Assembly (NCBI GenBank): GCA_965287045.1
Contig: OZ336878.1
Coordinates: forward strand, 42,160,001 to 42,224,000
Length of the DNA stretch: 64,000 nt
Direction: 5' to 3'
From: Carcharhinus amblyrhynchos
Taxonomy: Eukaryota
In this document: positions 52,937-64,000 of the stretch, piece after piece
Layout of the letters: each line of letters opens with the position of its first letter
Numbering within the stretch: position 1 is the stretch's first letter
Notes under the pieces: model-generated
Told to the model about the DNA's origin: nothing
Database searches by the model: none
The model's input: only the letters and a program-made list of their open reading frames with translations
Made by a program: the position numbers and the translations under genes

Positions 52937-53360
52937 AACACCATCACAGCTGTGCTCCATGCATGGGCAAAAGAACAGAATTCCAGAGATGAAACGAGTG
53001 TCACTGCCTTTGACATCAAGCATTTTGCCCAGCATGGTGTCAATACACCAGGCAAAGTTAACGTAATTTGGAATCAGACAAAAGACCTCTCTTCTGGTTG
53101 TGATCATGTCTCGAACAAAGGAAATAATTGTGGTTGTTGCTCGAAGGTCAACCATCTCAGCTACAGGACATTACTACAGAAGTTCCTCAGGTGGTGTCCT
53201 AGGCCCCACCATCTTCAGCTACTTTATCAATGACTAACTCTCCACCCTAAGGTCAGAACTGATGATTGCACACTGTTCAGTTCCACTCAGCCTCTCAAAT
53301 AATAAAGCATTCCATGCATCAAGATTTGGATACGATAGGGCAGATAATTGGCAAGTAAGA
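52937..53360 (+). mobile_element. CR1/L2-group LINE RT fragment, family of 55640-58104
   Basis: ITAVLHAWAKEQNSRDETSVTAFDIK; EVPQ-GVLGPTIFSYFIND. Confidence 0.8.
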
Positions 53361-54439
53361 TTTGTAAATTAGAAATTCTCACATCAGGTTTGGTATTTCT
53401 GCTGTTGGAACTGATGTGGCAGTATCATTTGGAGTGGCTACTTTAAGTCCTTAAGCAGCGCAATTGTAAGGTTTACATTCACTTGGTAACTGATGACACA
53501 TCAATTCACTTTTGTACTTGAAAATCAGTGGCAGGTATACTCTTGATACAACCAATATCTGTCTGAATGATATATAATATTGGAATCGCATCTTTGTCTT
53601 TTATTGTTATACTAATTCTTGGATTTTTTTCTCTCACCAAGCTCAATTGTTTCTTGATCACTAGATTATAGCTGTAACTCAATATGGTTGGTTAAAGAAA
53701 CTTGGACATTACAATTCAGCCTTTTAAACAACCTGACTTGTCAATTTTCTATGTTATTTCAGACCACAATCCACAATTGCTGCTGTATGCTTAATCTTTT
53801 TGTACCGCTAACTCAGCTGTTAAATGTAGCTGCAATTGGAGTTGTTCTGCAATTTTAGAAAGAGGAAAATGGTGTTCTTCTTTCAGAATTTTTTTTGTTG
53901 GCTGTGCAGCTCCCTCACATAAGTCTGAGAACAGCAATTAGTCAAACTGAGCTCTCAGGGTCGGCTATTGTGCATGAATAGCATTTCAATCTCACTGTAC
54001 CAGGTCATTGTAGATATCCCAATATTCTTCAGCTTTTCAGTATTACAGCTTGTATGCACAACAAATGAAATTTGGAATGATATCCAATAACCACACAGTC
54101 CTACTGATTCATACAAATTCACAGCAATCTACCAAGTTTATTCTGGGAGTTACACCTTCACCAAAAAGTGACATCTGAAGTTGTTTTACTCGCCTGGTAA
54201 AACACATGTCACAATATCTTTTCATGTTATTGCTGACACCATAACACCACATGCCTGCCTTTTCTGAGAATTTTATAAATCTTCACTGCTCTCATGGATG
54301 CAGTGAAGATCTTGCTCTTCAAGTCATCAACTTAAAACTTTCACTCAATGAAAAGGCAGAGAAATGGGACAATTCTTAAACAAAATAAAAAATTACTTAT
54401 TTCAGGCATTAAAGCTTTGGAAGTATTGAGTGTCATTAC

Positions 54440-54496
54440 CTTGGAGTATTTCTGCAGTTCCACATCATCATATGTCTCAATGTCCAAATTAAGTAT
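54440..54496 (-). CDS. PATJ: PATJ exon D, 57 bp, phase 0->0
   Basis: cttag|ATACTT...TCCAAG|gtaatg; ILNLDIETYDDVELQKYSK vs human VATLDTQIADDAELQKYSK. Confidence 0.92.
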
Positions 54497-54819
54497 CTAA
54501 GCATAAGTAAGAAAAATAGTGAGAGTTAATTTGGCTGAACTCAGCATATGAACATTACATTTTCACTTGTATATTAACCTAATTATTCATGAATGTTGCA
54601 GATCAACATTCTGAGCAAAGTTAGAGTCTTAATTGTGTGGAGGGAATATTCTCAATTATGAAACATATACATATAAAATCATGCTTCTGAGTTTGTTTGG
54701 AGAGAATTAAAAAAAGCTGAAAATAACTCAAGGAGAAGAACTTATTGGACTTAATGCAGTTTAAAAAAAACTAGTAGTGGAAAAAAATAATATAACTTAA
54801 GACAGATAAGATAGATCCT

Positions 54820-54912
54820 TCTCTATGAATGGTGTGCTTTGTCTGTGTAGGGCACAAGAAATAATACTTTTCACCGTATACTGATACATGTGACAACAAT
54901 AAATCAAATCAA
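54820..54912 (+). mobile_element. Rex1-type 3'UTR stub
   Basis: tacatgtgacaacaataaatcaaatcaaa, matches the 47058 copy. Confidence 0.7.
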
Positions 54913-55639
54913 AATAAATCTACAAGACCTAATAGTTTTTACCTCATTAAAATAATTAAGTATTAAAAGAATATGGTGATGAAATCATAGATGTGTTAAT
55001 CATTATATCCAACTCTTCTCCTGGTCTTACGTTAGCTGACATATTAAGTGATTCCCTTGCTCAGGCACTGTCCACCTCCACTTCAGAAGTGCTGTCATGA
55101 ACTCCATCCCTCAATAAGGAAAAATCTTGACATCTTTCTATTACTGCAAACTACTTCTTCATTTCTAACCTTAATTTTTTATAGCTTTGTCAGTGCTCAG
55201 ACTAGGGATGCTGAGGAGATGCTAAACTTGAAGGGATAACCATGATTTCAGATAGGAGAGTTTATTATAATGAAAGGAATTTAAGGAGTACAAAAAGATG
55301 GTGAATCGAAGACAAGGGGAATTGAAATCACCAAGGATGTGAAAGCTGAGAAAGATAACTTGGAGAAACAATTATCATCAGCAGCAAATAATTTTCCTTG
55401 CAACATTACATTTAGCATTTACTGATACTATAAAATATCAATTCAGTTTTTCTGGTTGTCTATTTTTGGAATATACAGGTCTCCATACTAGAAGTTAATC
55501 TGAATCCAACAACAACCAGGTTATAGGTTCTGTTTCTGTGCACAAATACAGCCATATTTCTGTGTTAATCCAGCATTTGCATTTTTATTTCTGATTTCTA
55601 GTATCTTGCTTTTATAAATCTGAATGCAATCCACTTCAA

Positions 55640-58104
55640 ACAAGATATTTTCTTTATTCCTTCACAGGATGAGGACATCATTGGTTGAGGCAGTATTTTT
55701 TATTACCCAACCCTAATTGCCCTTGAGAAGATGGTGGTTAGCTGCTTTTATCTCACCTGCCTTTCAAGTGGTAGAGGTTATAGGCTTGGAAGGTACTGCT
55801 GAAGATCAGTTGTGATAGTGCATCTTATGCACACTGCTAACCCCATGTATCGATGGTGGAGGGAGTGGATGTTGAAAGTGGTGAATGGGGTGCCAATCAA
55901 GGGGCAAGCTCTGTCCTGGATGGTGTCGAGCTTATTGCATGTTGTTGAAGTGGCACTCATCTAGGTAAATGCATAGTATTCCATCACACTCTAGACTCGT
56001 GGCTTGCAGATGGTGAACATGCATCTGGAAGCAGGTTACTCTCTATGACATTCCTGCCTCTGACCTATTCTTGTAACCATAACATGGCTGGTCCAGCTCA
56101 GTTTCTGGCCAATGGCACCCCTCTGATTGTTGATAGTGGGGGATTTAGTGATTGTAATGCCATCGAATAACAAGGGAAGATAGTTAAATTCTCTTGTTGG
56201 AGGTTCTCATTACCTGACAGTTGTGTGGCATGAATATTACTTGCCCCTTATGAGCCCAAGACTGAAAGTTGTCCATGTCTTGCCATATATGGAGATAGAC
56301 TGTTTCAATACCGGAGGAGTCAGGAATGGTGCAATCATCAACAAACATCTCATTTTTGACCTTAAGGTGGAGGGAAGATCATTGACAAAGCAGCTGAAGA
56401 TGGTTGGACCTAGAACACTACATAAGAAACACCTGCTCTGATGTCTTGGAACTGAGATGATTGACCTTCAACAATGACTACCATCTCCCTTTACGTTGGA
56501 TAAGTGTCTAACAAACGGAGAGATTTGCCCCGATTCTCACTGATTCTAGTTTTGGCATAGTTCCTTGATTATGCACTCAATCACAGGCTACCTTGATGTC
56601 AAGGCAATCGCTCACCTCACTTCCAACTTTCAGCACTTTTGTCCATTTTGGACTGGGTTGTAATAAGGACAGGAGCTGCGTCGGGGTGGTGGAACCCAAA
56701 CTGAACATCAGTGAGCCAGTTATTGCTGAGTGCAGCTTGATGGCACTGTCGATGTTCCACTTTGTTGATAATCGAGAGTAGACTGATTAAATGACAAATG
56801 GCCGAGTTGGATTTGTCCTACATTTTATTGACAGGACATACATGGACAACTTTCCACATTGCCAGGTAAATGCCAGTGTTGTAGCTGTCCTGGAACAGCT
56901 TGGCTATTGATGCAGCCAGTTTTGGAGCACAAGGCTTCAGTGCTATTGCTGGAATGTTGTAAGGCCCCATTGGCTTCGCAGTATCCAGTGACTCCTACAG
57001 TTTCACGATATCACCAGGAGTTAAACAAATTGATTAAAGACTGACACCTGTGATCCTGGGGATCTTGGGAGGAGAACCACGATTGGATCATCTACTTGGC
57101 AAATCTGGCTGAACATTGTTGCAAATGCCTCAGCCCTGTCTTTGGCATTGATGTGCTGGACTCCCTGTCATTGAGGATGGGAATATTTATGGATCCACCT
57201 TCTCTTGTTAGTTGTCTCATTGTCTCCCACCATTCACGACAGAATGTGGCATGACTACAAATCTTAGGTCTGATCTGCTGGTTGTGGAATCACTTATCTC
57301 TAACTATGACATGCTTTTCGCCACGCAAGTAGTCGTATGTTGTAGCTACACCATTTTGACTCTTCATTTTAAGGTATGCCAGGTGCTATCCTGGCATGCC
57401 CTCCTGCACGCTTCATTGAATCCCCTGGTTTAATGATGCTAGCATAGTGGGTGATATGGTGGAGCATGAGATTACAGATTGTACAATTTTGGTGCTGCCG
57501 TTAGCACCCAGTACCTCATGAAAGCCCAGTTGAACTATTAGATCTGTTTTCTACAATGCTAGTGCCACATAACATGATGGAGGGTATCCTCAATGTGAAG
57601 ATGGGATTTTGGGATACACAAGAATGGTGATGGTGGTGTATAACTATGTCAGGCTGTTGTTTGACTAATTTTGGCACAAGCCCCAGATGTTAGTAAGGAG
57701 TATTTTGGAGAGTCAAAAGGGCTGGGTCAGTTTCATTCTTTTTTATAGACTTTGTAGCAGTTTGACAACTGCTGTCTGAAATGTCCAGCACTGGTGGTTC
57801 TAGAATGACAACTAGGTAAGGATGTGAACCACGTGGGTTTTTATCGCAATCGGCAGTGGTTTCATAATCACTTTTACCAAGACTAGCTTTTTTATTCCAG
57901 ATTTATTTACTGAATTCCACCAACTGCCATGTTGGGATTTGAACCCACGTTACCAGAGCATTAACCTGGGTCTCTGGACACGACATACATTGGCAACTTT
58001 CCACATTGCCAGGTAAATGCCAGTGTTGTGGCTAAGGCTGAATGGCCTCCTTCTGCACTGTACGGTTCTATGATTCTATGATTACCATTACATCACCACC
58101 TCCC
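55640..58104 (-). mobile_element. Decayed, internally deleted LINE of the CR1/L2 group with tRNA-like 5' head
   Basis: Head with GGGTTCAAATCCC (57934-57946), LLTNIWGLVPK, ALDIK, LGPTIFSCFVNDLP, KLDTIQDRACPLIG; 3' end at about 55640. Confidence 0.8.
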
Positions 58105-58356
58105 TTCAGAATTTACTCGAATTAGTTCAGAAGAGCATTCATAAAATCTATTCAACTTCCATTGAAATCATGGTTCTCCCTAATATAGGCACATTGACTA
58201 AGTTGACTTATCAGACTATACTTATAAATAGAAACTATATTTTACGATTTCCTCAAATAAAATAAAAAATATTTATCATCATTGATTTCATTGCATAGTA
58301 TTATTGTTTTCTCATACTAAATCCTTGTCAATTAGAATGATGCTAGAAAATCATAC

Positions 58357-58433
58357 CATCACTTCATACTGTGGTCCCAACAAATATTCCCATCTGGATT
58401 TCAATTCTTTTCTTGTTGGAACAGGTTCAAATC
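58357..58433 (-). CDS. PATJ: PATJ exon C, 77 bp, phase 1->0
   Basis: attttag|GATTT...GTGATG|gtatga; KELKSRWEYLLGPQYEVM vs human ELKSRWENLLGPDYEVM; absent from the ORF track. Confidence 0.93.
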
Positions 58434-59654
58434 CTAAAATTAAAATGCGTCAAGTTAATTTGCTGTTATTAATTATATATAACCTATAAAATAAATCAAT
58501 AGCGAGCAAATTCATCCAGTTGCAATTGCTACAATAGCAGTAAGTGCTACATGAGAAATATTATATAACATTTCTAAACAAATACTTTTCTAGTTGTGCT
58601 CAACTTTAATTAGGAGTGTTCTGTGTTCTTTTTAGAATTATGTGTACCTATCAAGGATTCTCCACAGAGTTCCTGAACTGGCTACTGACACTGAGGTGTG
58701 AGTCTACTAACCCCAAGGACAAACGTGCATCAAGTTAACTTTCTGTGCATATTATGATGTGATTCATTTTCTTGTGCGTTGTGCTGACTCTTGTATTTAC
58801 ATAATACTGGAGTGGATTTCACAGGAATTAGTGTTCCAGAAACCAGAAACACAATAGAAAGAAGCAATGAAAAATGTTATGTTCATAGCAAGCAAAATAT
58901 GAAATATGAAATAGAATATTTTTATAAATTAGTAAAATTTCAGAGGGCTGATTTTTTATTTTTTTCCTTCAGTGGCATTCAGCACAGAAAACATTCAGCA
59001 TTAATCTCAAAATGATAAAACAGGAGGAGTACAGGATGCATTTGGAATCATGATTTTCAAAGAAAATTATAACTTGAATTCTCCAATTATTTTTAGAATT
59101 TCTTTCTAAACACTCTGCAGGATTTTTCCAGTATTTTGTTTTTATTTCAGATCTTCATCATCTGCAGTATTTTGCTTTTATTCCCAAAACTGTAAATGAT
59201 TGCATCAGCAATGTTGAATAACCAATTAATGTTGTTTTGAAAGTGCCGTTTTAGAAGGAATGTTTGTCAGGAGTTATGACTTTTTTTCCCTTCTGATAGG
59301 ACCATGGGATCTTTCACATTCACTTGGGCAGGGATTCAAAGCTTCAATGCAATATCTGATTTGAACAACAGAGCATCTAAGTGTAGCACCCCCTCCCCCC
59401 ATTGTTGAACAGAACCGTCACTGCTGGGTTAAAAGCTGAAATATATTGTCGACTTCGATCACAAATGAACTCATAAAACATCTCATCAAACAATATGAAT
59501 AGGTAGCAGTCATTGTAAAATCTCCATGAAAGCCCGTGCTCTCAAAAGCCTGGATAACTTATAATATTGATTTATCGCAGCAATCTTTAGACTGATTACC
59601 ACCAAATGCACGATACAAGCTATCAAAATTCTGCTGGTGTGTGCATTCAAAGCT

Positions 59655-60615
59655 AAAGGAACAAAGAGCAGGAATCGGTCATTCAGCCCCTGAAGTCTAT
59701 TCCACCATTTGATTATGAATGATCTGTACTTCAGCTGCATATATCTACCTTTGATCCATATCTCTTGAAATCCTTTATGTAATGAACATCTTTTGTCTCA
59801 GCCTTGAAAATTTCAACTGAACAATCATCCACAGCCCTTTGGGGGAGAGTATTTTGCATTTACTTTTGTTAACAGGTGCTTCCTTATTTCACTCCTAAAT
59901 GATCTAGTGTAGGGAATGGCAACCTGCGACTGTTTAACAATGATTTGCAGCTCTCAACCTTTCCAGTTGGATCACATTATTAAATGAGCCAAAAAAATTA
60001 AATCAAGGAACATAAAAGCCATGTTCTTGTCATGGGGATAAAAAGTTAATCACTATGTGGTTTCATATGATTATGAAAAACATCATCATGCTCGAAAGAA
60101 ACCTGTCTGATTAGTATAGATAGCTACCCCATTATTATGGATAATGGCTTTAGTTTAAGACACAGGGTTTATGGCTGCAGCTATTGAGAGAGAAGAAAGG
60201 GATGATGCTTCCTCGTCTCAAATTCTGCCTGAAATTTAATAGTTCCATGCTCACGTCTGCTTACAGTTCACAATGCAAGTTCAAGTTACAGTTATAATCC
60301 ATAGCTGTAATCTTATTTGGAGCTAGTGCTAAATTTGCAGAGAACACCAAATTGACAGGAGCAGCAAATATAGGGGACTGCAAAAAGTTACATGAAAGCA
60401 TCAATTAACTTGTAAAATGGGCAAGTAACTGATGGAAGTTCAGTACAGATAAATACAGGATTAGTAGAAAGAATAGGAAGCTTGCAAGTGCTTTTATAGG
60501 TATATAGAAAGAGAGTAGCTAAAGTCAATGTTGGTCTGTTAGAATCAGGGACAGGAGAAATTGTCATGGGGAATGAAGAAATTACAAAGATGTTTAACAA
60601 AAATTTTTGTATCTG
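59655..60615. mobile_element. Old CR1 scraps (59655-59905 minus; 60320-60615 plus)
   Basis: CR1 3'UTR; KFAENTKL; KVNVGLLESGTGEIVMGNEE. Confidence 0.65.
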
Positions 60616-61064
60616 TTTTCATAGGAGACAAAAGGAGACAATTCATCTGCCATCTTCTTACTTTTCATTACAATATAGATAATAACCCAGTCTCATATGG
60701 CTAATGTTCACTTTGTTAACTTTTTTTTTAGTTAAATATCTATAGAAACTCTTACCATCCATCTCTATTTACAGCTATGTTTCTCACACTCTAATTAATA
60801 CTTCTGTCCAGATTTGATTCTGCAAACTGAACTTAAATTGCGCAATTTGATGGTGCAATGTATTTAATTTCCCACGGTGCATCAGCGTCAAATGCTGAAC
60901 TGATTTTTTTTTCAGTTTTAAGCACAACTTACTCAGACTTCCTTCATTGGAAAACAAGAGGACAAATCTCAAAAAGCTTTGACATAAAAATTTATATTGT
61001 ATGTAAGGGAGTGAGGGAGGAAAAAAATAACAAATTGGGAAATCTATATTTGCCTTACATACTA

Positions 61065-61255
61065 CTAAGTGTTGTCGGTTGAGGAAAAAATATTGGTCAG
61101 GAAATTGGGGAGAGCTCCCCTATTCTTCTTCAAAATAATGGGATCTCCTACTTCACCTCCAAGGATAGAGAGGTCCTCGGTCTGATCCTTTATCAGAAGG
61201 ATAGCCACTCTGTTAGCACAGTGCACTGTCAGCATTTCACTGGAGCTTCAGCCCT
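61065..61255 (-). mobile_element. DeuSINE remnant
   Basis: Reverse complement of the Deu-domain ttttgaagaagaataggggagctctcccc..cctgaccaatatt..cctcaacc. Confidence 0.7.
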
Positions 61256-61304
61256 AATGTTGCATTCACATCTATGGAATGAGGCCTCATTCCACAGAAC
61301 ATAC

Positions 61305-61421
61305 CATCATTTGTATCTTCCTGTTCCTTCACTCCTGCACTTGCCGGCTCTTTAATCATAGAAGGAATGCTAATTTCAGAGGTCACTGCATTTGTCACAT
61401 GAGTTACATAATCCGGCTCAG
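61305..61421 (-). CDS. PATJ: PATJ exon B (PDZ3-4 linker), 117 bp, phase 1->1
   Basis: ttttgcag|CTGAG...GATG|gtatgt; open frame AEPDYVTHV...EQEDTND; phases fit both neighbours; linker poorly conserved. Confidence 0.75.
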
Positions 61422-62666
61422 CTGCAAAACAGGAAGGAGAGTGTATTCTTAAAATTATGTACATTAAAACCATTTAATATATCTGCATTATAAGCCCCTC
61501 AACATTATAGTTGTTTTTAGAACCTCCATATATTGTTCATAGAATCATTCTATGTTAATATGGGTTCACTTTCTTTTTTGTACGAGGGCCATTTTAGAAA
61601 AACATAACTTTAATTGGAAGCAGTATGCACTCTTCTATATAACATTTGGCATCATCTAATGAAAAAAAATCAACAAAGATTTCAATGAATCATGTGGAAA
61701 CAAGAGCTGTGCCACTGGGAGCCCTCTATGAAGTGAAACAAATCAATTACTTCAATTTCTGAAGATTTTGAAATATAATTAAGCAGATTTATGTTTTTTC
61801 TATTCTTAAGATTTTATGAATCATGTACTTTTTTTTAATATGCTGCATATATTTTAATTCTATGCTTCTTAGATTCTGAGCAAACAGGATGGTAGCCAAA
61901 ATGATTTCTTGAACAATCTTAAGCAATAAAAAGTTTACTTTTTATTGGGAGCTGATTACTGACCATCAATTAGTGATGTTATTCTTCCAACTTACTAATT
62001 GTTACTTTCTATGCCTGTTTCAGGTTTGATTTATTGCTGTTTTATGGAAGTGTTCAGATGTAATTCAGATGTAAATATGACACACACTTCTAAGCATTAA
62101 GATGTAATTATGATGTAAAATGCAATTCATCTCCCCTAATACTTCATAAGACAACATTATACTATTGAAAAATAAGGAGGCACATGAGATATGCACAAAT
62201 ACATTCCCTTCATGTAGCACAGCTACATAAAAAAATGAAGTTGTGTAGGTAACATGTGAGAGCGGCTGTTCATGCACTGGATGACATTGAAGGATGATTT
62301 TGCAGTAAGGCACTGTGGAAGATGATAGAAAAATAACAGAATGTTCTCTGAAATCTTTTCACTTAAACAAATAGAAAGGCAAAATGATTCTGTGGCAGGT
62401 TACACATCGGAGTGCATGGTACTGTACTATTGAAGTTTGCATTGCGGGGTGATTACATTTCTGCGGCTGGTAAATCTACTTTTTTTGTGGAGGGGTATTT
62501 CTAATTTTATTCATTCAGGTACCTTTCTTTTTAAGTTTAAAAAATATTTGAATTATAATTACAGACAAATGAAAGTGTTCTTTGTCTTCTCCACCAAAAG
62601 TGAAATATTTAAAATTTTGTAAACTGCATTGCATCTTAAACAGAACGAGGGTACAATGTAAATTAC

Positions 62667-62796
62667 CTTTTTCAAAGGATTCATAATCAGCATGCATCTT
62701 CCTCCTTGCTATCCTAAGGTTTACCGTTTTTCCGGTGTTTCGTAAAGCATCAATCCCTTCTTGATTAGTAAATTCCTGAATATTAACCCCATCAAC
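62667..62796 (-). CDS. PATJ: PATJ exon A (end of PDZ3), 130 bp, phase 0->1
   Basis: aag|GTTGAT...GAAAAAG|gtaatt; VDGVNIQEFTNQEGIDALRNTGKTVNLRIARRK resembles human PATJ [33 protein letters not shown]. Confidence 0.93.
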
Positions 62797-62984
62797 CTTT
62801 AAAAATAATATACAAAATGGTAACAAGTATCTGAGATTAGAAATGAAACATCCTAATGTTAAAAAATGAAACGACCAATCTTAATTTATTACAAGGTGTA
62901 CTGAGGTGCATTTTTTAAAGAAAGTGAACATTCCTAGATCATGAACAGTTATGGCTGAAGATTTGCCCAAATTAATTTTGTACT

Positions 62985-64000
62985 AGAAACATACAAGATA
63001 GGAGCAGAAAGAGGCCGTTTGGTCCTCCGAGCCTACTCTGCCATTCATTACGATCATGGTTGATCATCCAACTCAATTGCTCAATCCTGCTTTTTCCCCA
63101 AAACCTTTGATTCCATTTCCCCCAAGTGCTATTACCAGCCACCTCTTGAATATATTCAATGTTTTGGCATCAATCACTTCCTGTGGTAATGAATTCCACA
63201 GGCTTACCACTCTTCGGGTGAAGAAATGCCTCCTCACTTCTGTCTTAAATGATCTACCCTGAATCCTCAGACTGGGTACCCTGGTTCTGGACCCGTCCAC
63301 CGTAGCGAACATCCTCCCTGCATCCATCCTGTCTGGTCCTGTTAGAATTTTGTAAGTCTCTACGAGATCTCCCTCATTCGATTGAACTCCAGCAAAAACA
63401 ATCCTAACCTAGTCAATTTCTCCTCATACAGGAGGAGTCTGCCATCCCCAGAATCTTTGTTGCACTCCGTCGACAGCAAGAACATCCTTCCTCACAAAAG
63501 GAGACCAAAACTGCACACAATAGTCTAGGTGTAGCCTCACCAAGGCTCTGTATAATGCAACAACACATCCCTGCTCCTGTACTCGAAACGTCTCACAATG
63601 AAGGCCAACATGCCATTTGCCTTCTTTACCACCTGCTGCACCTGCATGCTTACCTTCAGTGACTGCTGCACAAGGACACCCAGGTCCCACTGCACGCTCT
63701 CCTCTCCTAATTTACAGCCATTCAGGTAGTAATCTGCCTTCTTGTTTTTGCTTCCAAAGTAAATAACCTCACATTTGTCCAAATAATACTGCATCTGCCA
63801 TTGATTAGCCCACTCATCCAACCTGTCCAGATCACTCTGAAGGATCTCTGCATTCCCGTCACAGTTCACCCGCCCACCCAACTTGGTATCATCTGCAAAC
63901 TTTGAGATGTTATATATTGTTCCCTCATCCAAATCATAACATACATTGTAAATAACTGGGATCCCAGCACCAATCCCTGTAGCACCCCACTAGTTATTGC
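62985..64000 (-). mobile_element. CR1 LINE, frameshifted, runs off the window
   Basis: GVLQGLVLG, ISKFADDTKLGG, LDYCVQFWSP, FFTRRVVSLWNSLPQ, 3'UTR. Confidence 0.93.

Noticed and set aside
4883-62796. MPDZ instead of PATJ
   Set aside because: [21 protein letters not shown] and EELVDEP are PATJ-type motifs.
1-64000. Prokaryotic or phage system (CRISPR, retron, DGR) suggested by the RT ORFs
   Set aside because: Spliced vertebrate gene context; the RT ORFs are LINE or Gypsy fragments; no repeat-spacer array.

Overview
Vertebrate genomic DNA, AT-rich and repeat-dense. The repeat content (HE1/V-type SINEs with CR1 tails, DeuSINEs, CR1, RTE, Rex1) points to a cartilaginous fish, probably a shark (inference). 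The window lies inside one minus-strand gene, PATJ (INADL). I hand-spliced 10 internal coding exons (62796 down to 4883, all GT-AG, consistent phases). Together they give 1479 nt / 493 codons with no stop, covering the end of PDZ3, PDZ4, PDZ5 and the following acidic linker. Introns are filled with nested retroelements: young and old CR1, L2, RTE, Rex1/Babar, L1-like, Gypsy remnants, SINEs and MITE-like elements. I see no prokaryotic system, CRISPR array or RNA gene, and no convincing new biological system. Most interesting: (1) three cases where nearby genomic sequence appears copied next to the 5' junction of a retro-insertion, two of them as 170-190 bp inverted duplications; (2) near-identical young CR1 copies in inverted orientation bracketing phase-0 PATJ exons; (3) a CR1-SINE-CR1 chimera; (4) a LINE with a tRNA-like head and no room for ORF1; (5) a SINE tail swap. 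Repeat boundaries and family names were assigned by eye and are approximate; human PATJ comparisons are from memory.
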